Shown here: positions 1 to 8,770 of the stretch, piece by piece | Layout: each line of letters begins with the position of its first letter | How positions within the stretch are numbered: position 1 is the first letter of the stretch | DNA from: a virus | Lineage: Duplodnaviria; Caudoviricetes | Direction: 5' to 3' (one strand) | Length of the DNA stretch: 64,000 nt | Virus record (IMG/VR): IMGVR_UViG_2602041884_000001 | Span: 1 to 64,000 of that record | Made by a program: the position numbers and the translations under genes | The notes under the pieces: model-generated | The model's input: the letters and a program-made list of their open reading frames with translations, nothing else | Told to the model about the DNA's origin: nothing | Database searches by the model: none

Positions 1-27
1 TAACACCTGAGCGGCACGTTTGCCAAA

Positions 28-59
28 TGCTCGCATTACATACAGCTTCCTGGTACTAT
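28..59 (+). promoter_or_regulatory. Putative rightward promoter, probably giving a leaderless mRNA
   Basis: TGC-TCGCAT (31-36), 17-nt spacer, TG-G-TACTAT (54-59); ATG at 66 lies 7 nt after the -10 with no SD. Confidence 0.5.
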
Positions 60-65
60 GCACTC

Positions 66-1484
66 ATGGCAAAGCTTCATAAGGGACGCCGCTACGATCT
101 GTGGTGGGAGGACCCATTCAAATACGCAGAGCATCTTAAGTCCTCTGGAGAGTTTCAGGTTTACTTCACGCTGACAAACACCCTTCGCAAGAGGGTTGAC
201 CCTTATGTGTTCATGAAGCAAAACTTTCACGGATATCCGTGGAAAGCTTACATCAACAACGGCGACTCGGTTAACCTTGTAGACTACACATGTGAGCCAA
301 GGCAGAACAAGGGATCATGGCCAGCGTGGAGCGCGCAGACGTTCGATCTAGCAGAGCTTAAAGAGCTCATCGAACGCCCCTGGTCGGAGCGCGATCCTCA
401 CGAGATGGCTGACTGGTATCACCTTCCGCGAAAGGATCAGCCTCATCGAATCTTTATTCAGGACGTGAGCCCGAGTCGATCAGAGATCGACATTAACCGT
501 AGGCGCAGGTTGACAAAGATTCAGCGAATGTACCCAGAGGTTGAGTTTTTTGTAAAGCCTCGGACGTTTAACATGCCGATGCTGTTCGGCTGTGGATTCA
601 CTGCAGGATGTCTTGATCCGTATCGCGAGCGTGGACTTCGCAAGGGCGTGATCTACCTGCCAAACGGAAGTCGTGTTCATCTCGAAGACATTGACGATCA
701 TCAGGATAAGATCAGGTACTTCGGGTTTGAGCCGGACGAGGTTAGGTATGACCAGGACGTAGGCTTGCTGTACACCATCGCCGCTATCCGGTATGGTGCT
801 CACCACTGGGACGACCCAACAGGTCTGTACCTCGGAAGGCCATCGGACTACCGCAAGGGCATTAGTTCTAGGCGTCCAGACTTTCAGAACCCAGATATGT
901 ATGCAGAGATGCCTTCGTATCAGAACATCAACATGTTCAGAAAAGACTCCATCAAGGAGACCGACAAGATAGTCTGTGACTCGTGTGCACTCTGGCGCGC
1001 GTGTCCGGCGTATCGTTCAGAGGAGGTGTGCGGATTGCCCGGCACAGAATCAAGCAAGCTCGCAAAGCTTGCTAAGTCCAGGAATGCAAGCGACGTGGTA
1101 GACATGCTCTCTTCTGTCGTCTCCAAGCAGGCCGAGCGCGTCGAGGAGCGCATGGACAATGAGTCGTCCGCGCCAGGCGGGTACGACAAAGAAATCGACA
1201 AGATGCTTAACAACCTGTTCAAGAACGGATCGCAGCTTGCAAAGCTCCTTGATCCGGGACTCGGCAGGCCTCTTGTTCAGATCAACGCTAACGTAACCCC
1301 ACAGCAGCAGGTCGCACAGGCCGACCCCCGCGCCCTGGCCGCGAAGGTGATTTCAGACATCGAAGCTACTGGGGTCCCCCGCGACGAGATCGATGAGCAG
1401 ATGGTTAGCGACTACCTGTCAAAGCTCTCGCCACGGAAGGAGCTCGAGGGCGAGGTGCTCGAAGCGGAGTACGTTAATGAGTAG
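66..1484 (+). CDS. Hypothetical protein with Cys cluster; candidate terminase small subunit fusion
   Basis: Long ORF overlapping the terminase start; CDSC-x5-CP-x7-C motif followed by a helical C-terminus; start moved to ATG 66. Confidence 0.55.
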   Translation: MAKLHKGRRYDLWWEDPFKYAEHLKSSGEFQVYFTLTNTLRKRVDPYVFMKQNFHGYPWKAYINNGDSVNLVDYTCEPRQNKGSWPAWSAQTFDLAELKELIERPWSERDPHEMADWYHLPRKDQPHRIFIQDVSPSRSEIDINRRRRLTKIQRMYPEVEFFVKPRTFNMPMLFGCGFTAGCLDPYRERGLRKGVIYLPNGSRVHLEDIDDHQDKIRYFGFEPDEVRYDQDVGLLYTIAAIRYGAHHWDDPTGLYLGRPSDYRKGISSRRPDFQNPDMYAEMPSYQNINMFRKDSIKETDKIVCDSCALWRACPAYRSEEVCGLPGTESSKLAKLAKSRNASDVVDMLSSVVSKQAERVEERMDNESSAPGGYDKEIDKMLNNLFKNGSQLAKLLDPGLGRPLVQINANVTPQQQVAQADPRALAAKVISDIEATGVPRDEIDEQMVSDYLSKLSPRKELEGEVLEAEYVNE

Positions 1485-3444
1485 CTACGCAGTTCAGGAG
1501 GCCATGTGGCTCGCGAAGAATCCATCCTTCAGGATGCGACCGGCGAGCATTCGAGAGTTCTGTGGACCGGGGTACCTGAACGAGCGTAACGTTCGACCCG
1601 GCATCATGGAGGCACTTGTCGAGACATTCGGCGAAGAGGTTAACTCGTACTCCATTAGCAACAAGCGTCGCGCGCTACTTACTGGTGCTATCGGCATTGG
1701 TAAGTCCACATATGCAGCGATTGCCCTGAGCTACATGGTTCACTGGATCAAGTGCCTCAAGAATCCGAAAGAGTTCTACAACCTTTCGGAAGACTCTGTC
1801 ATCGGCTTTATGATGATGAGTACGACCGAGAAGCTGGCACAAGAGGTTATCTTCCAGAAGGTCAAGAAGCGCATCCAGAACTCTGTCTGGTTCAATAACT
1901 GGTCACCGCTTGACGAAGAGAACAAGCGGATGCAGAAGCAGATGCGATTCGAGGGCGACATCTGGATCGTCCCTGGCTCGTCGGAAGAAACCTCATTTGA
2001 GGGTTACGACATTCTCGGCGGAATCCTTGACGAGGGTGACTCGCACAAGGTAACCGATCGCAAGAATTACGCAGAGGCTGGATACAACACTATCGAGTCT
2101 CGTATCGAGTCTCGGTTCACTGATTTCCAGACTGGCGAACATCGAGGTCTCATCATCTGCATTGGCCAGGCTAAGGCTAAGGCTAAGTTCATGATGCCCA
2201 AGTATCATGAGTTCAGCGAAGACCCGAGCGCCGTCGCGGTGCGTATGACTATCTGGGAATCTTTCGGATGGTATAACTACACCTTCGACAAGGGCGACAT
2301 CAATCGCGGGATCGAGACCGCCGAACGAGACAGCTTCTACTATGATATGAAGAAGCGCACACTCCTTTCAAAGGAGGCCGCATCGCTCGTGATGAACAAT
2401 GATCTCATCGAGGTGCCGACTCATTACCGTGCCTCATTCGAGCGTGATCCGGTAAAGGCCCTCCGCGACCTGGCCGGAATCCCGCCAGAGATCGACGATG
2501 CATTCATTTCCCGTCCAGACTTCATCATCGAGAATCAGGAACTTTGGCATGACCGTTTCCCCAACTTTCAGAGCCCGGTTGGACCGGAATCAACACTCGA
2601 TAAGATCGTTCTTCCTGACTGGTTCAATCCTGTTTCTCTCGGGGGCGAGTTTCGTCGCGTCATACATCTTGACACGGCTTACTCTCCAGACGGTGACGCG
2701 CTTGGCTTTGCTATGGCGCACGTCCCGGAGAAGTTTGAAATCTACGAAGAGGAGCAGCCGATCATCGTCTTCGACATGCTCATGCGAATCAAGGCAACTC
2801 CATCTTCGGAAATAAACTTCGGAGAGCTTCGCAAGTTCATCTATAGACTTCGCGACGAGCGCGGGTTTGACATTGACCTCGTTACGCTAGATGGGTTCAA
2901 CTCGTTTGACTTTATTCAGCAGCTTCGCAGGAACAAGATCAAGTCCGACTACTTGTCTGTAGACAAGACGAAGGCTCCATACGAGGACGTCAGAGAGGCA
3001 ATCAACGGCAAGCGTTGCCTCATGCCGAAGTACATGGTTCACTACTCCAAGTCGGACACCAAGACGATCAACATTGCCTACAAGGAGTTCAGTGAGATTC
3101 AGGACGTCGGAAAGAAGATCGACCACCCGAAGGATGGAAGTAAGGACGTTGCCGATGCGGTGACGGGGTGTGTTCACAATCTCGTTTCGTTCACAAAATA
3201 CATTCGAGAGGCTCGAACCGTTGAGCGTGGCGATTCGGATAAGTCTTCAGTGAACTTCACCAAGGATGCGAACGAATTGTTTGGCACTCCTGAAATGAAT
3301 CAATCACTCGAGAGAAATAGTCCAATCTCGTTCGAGGAGTTCAACAAGAAGCAAAACGAGTTCCTGTCCGGTGGCATAGACTTTAATGTGCTTGTCAACG
3401 GAAACGGAATGCCTGGTTTCGGAGATCAGGGTCGGGTTTGGTGA
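1477..3444 (+). CDS. terL: Terminase large subunit
   Basis: Walker A GAIGIGKST, Walker B GGILDEGD, RNase H-like IHLDTA...SKDVADA; lies before portal; ATG 1477 is in frame. Confidence 0.9.
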   Translation: MSSYAVQEAMWLAKNPSFRMRPASIREFCGPGYLNERNVRPGIMEALVETFGEEVNSYSISNKRRALLTGAIGIGKSTYAAIALSYMVHWIKCLKNPKEFYNLSEDSVIGFMMMSTTEKLAQEVIFQKVKKRIQNSVWFNNWSPLDEENKRMQKQMRFEGDIWIVPGSSEETSFEGYDILGGILDEGDSHKVTDRKNYAEAGYNTIESRIESRFTDFQTGEHRGLIICIGQAKAKAKFMMPKYHEFSEDPSAVAVRMTIWESFGWYNYTFDKGDINRGIETAERDSFYYDMKKRTLLSKEAASLVMNNDLIEVPTHYRASFERDPVKALRDLAGIPPEIDDAFISRPDFIIENQELWHDRFPNFQSPVGPESTLDKIVLPDWFNPVSLGGEFRRVIHLDTAYSPDGDALGFAMAHVPEKFEIYEEEQPIIVFDMLMRIKATPSSEINFGELRKFIYRLRDERGFDIDLVTLDGFNSFDFIQQLRRNKIKSDYLSVDKTKAPYEDVREAINGKRCLMPKYMVHYSKSDTKTINIAYKEFSEIQDVGKKIDHPKDGSKDVADAVTGCVHNLVSFTKYIREARTVERGDSDKSSVNFTKDANELFGTPEMNQSLERNSPISFEEFNKKQNEFLSGGIDFNVLVNGNGMPGFGDQGRVW

Positions 3445-3490
3445 GCGAACTAGCGGTGTGCTAGACACCGCTAGTTCGCGGCAGTAATGT
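3445..3490 (+). promoter_or_regulatory. 15-bp perfect inverted repeat overlapping a putative promoter
   Basis: GCGAACTAGCGGTGT (3445-3459) / ACACCGCTAGTTCGC (3465-3479); -35 TAGACA 3462-3467, 17 nt, -10 TAATGT 3485-3490. Confidence 0.6.
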
Positions 3491-3555
3491 GTGTATCCAC
3501 CAACTCGAGAGCGATGTTTCGCACAAGTGCGATCCCTCGCCCGTGAACAGGAGAT

Positions 3556-5274
3556 ATGATGTCAGTCCTTCTCGGACCCAACGGCAAGCCAATGTCAGAC
3601 TACCTCGAGCATGCAGGTAGACCAAAGAATCCGAAGCCGGTAGTCGGCGACGCCTTCACTGACTGGGGTGGCCTGAACAAAGACTTCATGCACCTGCCGG
3701 GCGGGGGCGTTCTCGCTTTCGATACCTCGCAGTTGAAGATCAGCGACTTTCGTCGCATGCGTGAGCACTACCAGATCGGCTCGAGCCTTCATGTCCTGAC
3801 GTTTATGCTTCACCAGCTCGACTGGCATATCGAGTGCGAGGACAAGAAGGTTGCCGACTGGTGTACCTACAATCTCGAGCTCATCTGGACTCGACTCATT
3901 CGCGCCATGTCTACGGCGTTCGCTTTTGGTTTCTCGGCCAATGCTGTCGAGTGGGAGAACGACAGCATCAACGGCAAGCTTCGGTTGAATAAGATCAAGG
4001 ATCTGGTTCCCGAAGAGTGCGAAGTTAGCTGGAAATACGTCGACTCAAATCTGAAGTCTGAGGGCAGTGGCTACAGTCAGGCCCCCAAGGTTCCGATCTT
4101 CGATGGCATTAGCCGTCGCGGAACTTCGCATAAGGTTCCCGTAGAGAACAGTCTCTGGTATCCACTCCTCATGGAGAATGGAAACTACAAGGGACGGCAG
4201 CTTCTCCGAACCGCGTTCCAGCCCTGGTTCTTCAGCACGCTCATTCATCTGTATCAGAACAAGTACTTCGAGCGGTTCGGCGAGCCGGTCCCGATCGGTC
4301 GCGCCCCGTACAACGACAAGGTCACAAAGGACAACAAGACAATCTATGGCTACGACCTCATGGCCGGAGTCCTGTCGAACATTAGGAACCGATCAGCCGT
4401 CGTGCTTCCGAACAGTCGATCAAAAGAGGGCGTGAACGATCAGCCCGAGTTCGACTACCAGATCGAATACCTTGAGTCCCAGATGCGAGGGGCCGACTTT
4501 GATCGGTACCTCACTCGCCTCGACGAGGAGATGTCCCTTGCACTCTTTACTCCCCTACTGCTGCTGCGGACTGCAGATGGCGGCGGATTTAACCAGGGGA
4601 TTGCTCACACTCAAGTGTACCTGTGGATGCTCAACGCAGTATCAGGTGACATGGCAGAGTATATCGACAAGTACGTTCTGCGGTACATGGCAATCTACAA
4701 CTTCGGGCCAAAGGCAAAGCCTGTCCGAATCCGCTTCCGCAAGCTTGGTGTAGCGCAGCAGGAAACGCTTCGCGCCATCGCTCAGGCCATGATTGGCAAG
4801 GGCGAAATCAGGCCGGACGTCACCGAGCTCGGACAGCACATCGGGCTCACTCTCGAAGAAATCAAGACTGTTACCGAGCCGGAGGGCGAGGATCAGCAGC
4901 GAGACGACGAGGACAACGGCAATAAAGATGGTCGCATCGGTCGCGACGAGCGCCTCAAGGACGAGGACATCAAGCCGGGGAGTACAACAAAGGCCATCAC
5001 GGGCCGTATCGCAGAGCAGATTCAGCGCGCATTCCGTCGCCAGGAACTTGAGGAGTGGATGCCCGCTCCGGGGCACCGTAGGCAACTAACGGCGGAATTG
5101 CAGGCAAACGGCCACATCGACGCACGGGCGGCAGCATCGCGGTTCAATGACGTGGTGATCGGCACGCTATCCGACGCCGCGAAGCACGGCGGGTACACTT
5201 CGCCCGACGAGTTCGTCAGTTACGCTACCCGCGTAATTGAGTCTGAAGGGAACAAGCTCTATGCCCATGCCTGA
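3556..5274 (+). CDS. Portal protein (Mu gp29/DUF935-like)
   Basis: Follows terminase; AFAFGFSANAVEW, GRQLLR and ERFGEPVPIGR motifs typical of Mu gp29-like portals; SD AGGAG. Confidence 0.85.
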   Translation: MMSVLLGPNGKPMSDYLEHAGRPKNPKPVVGDAFTDWGGLNKDFMHLPGGGVLAFDTSQLKISDFRRMREHYQIGSSLHVLTFMLHQLDWHIECEDKKVADWCTYNLELIWTRLIRAMSTAFAFGFSANAVEWENDSINGKLRLNKIKDLVPEECEVSWKYVDSNLKSEGSGYSQAPKVPIFDGISRRGTSHKVPVENSLWYPLLMENGNYKGRQLLRTAFQPWFFSTLIHLYQNKYFERFGEPVPIGRAPYNDKVTKDNKTIYGYDLMAGVLSNIRNRSAVVLPNSRSKEGVNDQPEFDYQIEYLESQMRGADFDRYLTRLDEEMSLALFTPLLLLRTADGGGFNQGIAHTQVYLWMLNAVSGDMAEYIDKYVLRYMAIYNFGPKAKPVRIRFRKLGVAQQETLRAIAQAMIGKGEIRPDVTELGQHIGLTLEEIKTVTEPEGEDQQRDDEDNGNKDGRIGRDERLKDEDIKPGSTTKAITGRIAEQIQRAFRRQELEEWMPAPGHRRQLTAELQANGHIDARAAASRFNDVVIGTLSDAAKHGGYTSPDEFVSYATRVIESEGNKLYAHA

Positions 5275-6466
5275 GATCGAGTACGATCCGTCAATCTACT
5301 CAAAGGTCAGCTGGGTTGGCCTGGTGTCGACGCTCGACGGGCCTGATCCCGACGAGTTTCCAGACAAGGACGGACTGACCGGAAGCATCATCTTCAAGCC
5401 CAGCTCCCCGCTCCTTCGGTTTCCGACAGCCGTCCCGCAGTTCACGCTCGCGCTCACGAACCGCCAGGTGAACGTGCAGGACGCCCAGGTAGACGAGCAG
5501 GGGCGCAAGTACGTCTACCTAGAGGCGTCCAGTCCGTTCTCCGAGCCGTCCAACTTCACCTGGACGGCGACCTTTGTTCTTGCGTACAAGGGTGTTCCGA
5601 TTAAGGTGCCGGACACCAAGTTCCAAACTTCTCCGGGTGCCGACGTTGACTTGACGGACTGGATTGGATTCAGCGACAGTGTTCCGCCGGTTCTGCCCCC
5701 CGAGGGCAATCCAGCACTCGAAGCAATCACCGATGCGATTGCCTCGCACTCGATGCAGATCTCTGGGATTCAGCAGACCCTTCAGGAGATGGACGACGAG
5801 ATGGCTGACTTTGAGGCCATCATGCAAGGCGGAACCGCTGGACAGGTTCTTACCCAGTCTTCAAATGGTCTGCCGGTCTGGGCTGACCCCTCGGGGGGTG
5901 GAGGTGGACTCCCGGAACCAGGCGACGTCGGAACCGGGGGAGTGCTTCGTCTCAGCCCCTCTGGAAATGCTGAGTGGGAGAGCTTTAATGCTGTCGTTAA
6001 TGACACGCGCACAGAGATTGGCTCTGGTGCCGAGGCTCGCGGATTCATGGGAACCGCAGTTGGACCCAACACTTGGGCAGGCAAAGCTTATGCATCCGGG
6101 CTTGGCGCAATGTCGCGCGCATCTTCGATTCTGTCTGCCGCAATAGGTGGAGGGTCCGCAGAGCATCCGGGATCGATTGCGATCGGAGGCATGACGGTTC
6201 TTGATGCGACAGGCGATCCAAACAGTTGGGACCCGACAGCCGGTGATCCACCTCCATTCACACCAGGACCGGCGGCAACAACCACAGAGCCCAATCAGGT
6301 AATGATTGGCGGGGCGCACCACAGCGTCGAGGTTCCCGGCCAGATGGTCATTGGGGAGGGGTCAGCTCGAGTAATTCTGACTTCTGTTGTTGACGGAACA
6401 GATGTTGTTCTAAGGGTGCGATCGGCAACCGGAGACCCAGTTCGTATCGAACCCGAAGGAGCGTAA
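5261..6466 (+). CDS. Putative virion fibre/minor structural protein with YadA-like head repeats
   Basis: Actinophage fibre-type N-terminus, coiled coil, GTAGQVLT motif, ~14-aa repeats (TAVG, SGLG, AAIG, IAIG). Confidence 0.55.
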   Translation: MPMPEIEYDPSIYSKVSWVGLVSTLDGPDPDEFPDKDGLTGSIIFKPSSPLLRFPTAVPQFTLALTNRQVNVQDAQVDEQGRKYVYLEASSPFSEPSNFTWTATFVLAYKGVPIKVPDTKFQTSPGADVDLTDWIGFSDSVPPVLPPEGNPALEAITDAIASHSMQISGIQQTLQEMDDEMADFEAIMQGGTAGQVLTQSSNGLPVWADPSGGGGGLPEPGDVGTGGVLRLSPSGNAEWESFNAVVNDTRTEIGSGAEARGFMGTAVGPNTWAGKAYASGLGAMSRASSILSAAIGGGSAEHPGSIAIGGMTVLDATGDPNSWDPTAGDPPPFTPGPAATTTEPNQVMIGGAHHSVEVPGQMVIGEGSARVILTSVVDGTDVVLRVRSATGDPVRIEPEGA

Positions 6467-6468
6467 GA

Positions 6469-6720
6469 ATGGAACCAATAACAATCACAATCGAGCTGGA
6501 TGCCGGAAAGTCAGAACGTGCAGCAACAATTGCTTGCACCTTCTTGGGGCACTATTCAGCGACCTGTCCAACGCCAGCTGAGCATGTCGTAGAGTATGCA
6601 ATGATTCAGGTAGCCAAGCATGTTGAGGCTACGGAGCGCCAGCTTGCGGCGGACGCTGCCCGAGCTGCGGTTCCGCCATTTGGGGAGCCGCCGACAATTA
6701 ACTGGCCTGGCGTAGAGTGA
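6469..6720 (+). CDS. Hypothetical protein
   Basis: ORF with SD AAGGAG, tightly packed after the fibre gene. Confidence 0.7.
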   Translation: MEPITITIELDAGKSERAATIACTFLGHYSATCPTPAEHVVEYAMIQVAKHVEATERQLAADAARAAVPPFGEPPTINWPGVE

Positions 6721-6747
6721 CGTAAACAAAAGAAAAGAATTGGTGCA

Positions 6748-7053
6748 ATGAAACCAGAGAGCAAGCACCCACTGAGGTGCACATGTAGATCGTCACCACT
6801 GCTGGCCTACTATGGCAGAAACGAGCGAGGTCATGCTTATGTTCATGTAGCCTCGTTCAAGAACAAGCAGCCACTGACGCAGATTTACACCGTCGATCCA
6901 GTATCGATCTGGTGTAGGGTTTGCGGGAAGTGGTGGAACATCTTCGTGAAAAACGACAGACTAACGGCGGAAGAGCGAATGAGCGCTCCGCCGGTGCCGG
7001 AACAAAAAACAAAAACGCGGGTATTGCTGGACAACCCGCAGAATGACCAGTAA
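6748..7053 (+). CDS. Zinc-ribbon protein (Mu Com-like spacing)
   Basis: LRCTC..PLLA ... IWCRVCGK. Confidence 0.55.
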   Translation: MKPESKHPLRCTCRSSPLLAYYGRNERGHAYVHVASFKNKQPLTQIYTVDPVSIWCRVCGKWWNIFVKNDRLTAEERMSAPPVPEQKTKTRVLLDNPQNDQ

Positions 7054-7056
7054 GGT
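7025..7056 (+). promoter_or_regulatory. Putative promoter for the capsid operon
   Basis: TGC-TGGACA (7028-7033), 17 nt, TAAGGT (7051-7056); short leader to ATG 7068. Confidence 0.5.
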
Positions 7057-7067
7057 TCGGTGACATT

Positions 7068-8246
7068 ATGACGAACGGAACGCTATCGACAGCGCAAAGG
7101 CGCAACTGTGTCTTCGCGCGCGATCTCGGCAGCCCTGTCAAGTCGTACGAGAAGCTCAACGATTCTGGTGATGGAGAGAAGTCAAAGTCTCTCATCATCG
7201 AGGGAAAGCCCATCTTCCGGTCGGGAACCTTCTCGGACTCGATGGGCTTCGAGCACACATGGGAGCCGCTGCATATCAACCAGATGGTTGACCATGCGGC
7301 ACTCCTTGCGCAGCGCGAGATCTTCTCGGACGTGCCGGTCCGCAAGGGCCATCCCGACTGGGGGGACATCTTCAGTGCCCCGTCGCGCAACGCGATGGAT
7401 GAACTCATCGGCTACATGGAGAACTTCCGTGCAGAAGAGCGAGTCAATCCCGCAGACGGAAACACCTACACGTACTTGATCGCAGACCTCGAGATCATCG
7501 AAGAGACGGCAATCAAGAACATCAAGTCTGGACTCTGGCGAAACGTTTCGGCAGAGATCAGTACGTTTGTCACCAATGGAAATGCTGAGTACTGGCCAGT
7601 AATGCAGGGAGTGGCCTACGTAGACATTCCAGCAGTTGAGGGCCTCAAGTCTCATCATTCCAAGGCGACGGAACAGTTCAGCATCATACTGGAGGAAGAC
7701 ATGGCAGGCAACAACCAGCCCAGCGATCACGACAAGAACAAGCCGGGCGCACCTGCGGCACCTGCAGCACCGGCTGCGCCGCATGCTTTCAGCATCGGCG
7801 GCAAGCAGGTCAGCGATTACGCTGCGGTTCAGGCTCACATCAACGCCGTCGAGGCCGAGAACGCCGACCTGAAGCAGTTCCGTACCGAGTCGATCGAAGC
7901 TGGCAAGGTCGCCTTCGTGAAGCAGCTCGTCACGGACAATAAGATTCCGGCGACCAGCGAAGAGGCGTACATCAATTACGCCAAGTCGCTGACCGACATG
8001 GATCAGTACAATGCATGGAAGGGCCTCGAAGAGGCCAAGCCTGCAATGTCGATCACCCAGCCCGCTGCTGCTGGCTTCTCGATGAGCCACGAGCAGGCAA
8101 CCGAGGTGACCCAGAAGGATCAGCGTGTCGACACGCTGAAGGGCATCATCGCTCAGCACTCGATGGGCAAGATGACCCGCGAGCAGATCATGGAGACGGG
8201 CTCCTACAAGGAACTCGTCACCCTCGACCCCGAGTTCAAGCTCTAA
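7068..8246 (+). CDS. Capsid maturation protease with C-terminal scaffolding domain (Mu gpI-like)
   Basis: GHPD, WRNVSAEI and GVAYVDIPAVEGL motifs; Pro/Ala linker then coiled coil; lies before capsid genes. Confidence 0.8.
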   Translation: MTNGTLSTAQRRNCVFARDLGSPVKSYEKLNDSGDGEKSKSLIIEGKPIFRSGTFSDSMGFEHTWEPLHINQMVDHAALLAQREIFSDVPVRKGHPDWGDIFSAPSRNAMDELIGYMENFRAEERVNPADGNTYTYLIADLEIIEETAIKNIKSGLWRNVSAEISTFVTNGNAEYWPVMQGVAYVDIPAVEGLKSHHSKATEQFSIILEEDMAGNNQPSDHDKNKPGAPAAPAAPAAPHAFSIGGKQVSDYAAVQAHINAVEAENADLKQFRTESIEAGKVAFVKQLVTDNKIPATSEEAYINYAKSLTDMDQYNAWKGLEEAKPAMSITQPAAAGFSMSHEQATEVTQKDQRVDTLKGIIAQHSMGKMTREQIMETGSYKELVTLDPEFKL

Positions 8247-8279
8247 GTCGCGGCCAAAGCAAAGAAAGGAAAAGGTCAA

Positions 8280-8759
8280 ATGGCTGATTTCAAGAGTGGC
8301 CGCGAGGAGTATGCGGTTCACGGCAAGAAGAACATTCTTCGGAGTGCTCAGCCCGGATCGTACACTGTCGTCTCGAAGACCGTTTCGAGCGCCGGGTACC
8401 CGGCGGCTGTCGACGCGGACGGCAATCCCGAGTACGTCCTCCAGGAGGGCGAGGCACTCGCTGTTCTCACCTCGGGGCCGAACGTCGGCAAGTGCGTCCC
8501 GTTCCAGGCCTTCCAGTCAGACGGCACGACCGCCTTCACTGACGGCCGGAGCGAGGTCGCCAACCTGGTCGGCATCACGAAGGACTACTTCGGGTGGGAG
8601 CTCAAGGAGCGTGACGTCGAGGCTGGCGTTCTCGTTCGAGGCCAGCTGGTTCAGGCTTGGTGCAGCGTGCGCGACAAAGATGGCAAGCGCGTTGCGCTGA
8701 CCAATGCAGTTGCCGACGCCCTGCGCGGCAAGAAGAACCTCGACATTCTGTTCTTCTAA
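8280..8759 (+). CDS. Capsid decoration protein (lambda gpD-like)
   Basis: 159 aa between protease and major capsid; DG.SE...LVGI and AGVLVRG motifs. Confidence 0.7.
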   Translation: MADFKSGREEYAVHGKKNILRSAQPGSYTVVSKTVSSAGYPAAVDADGNPEYVLQEGEALAVLTSGPNVGKCVPFQAFQSDGTTAFTDGRSEVANLVGITKDYFGWELKERDVEAGVLVRGQLVQAWCSVRDKDGKRVALTNAVADALRGKKNLDILFF

Positions 8760-8770
8760 GGAGAGAAGAA

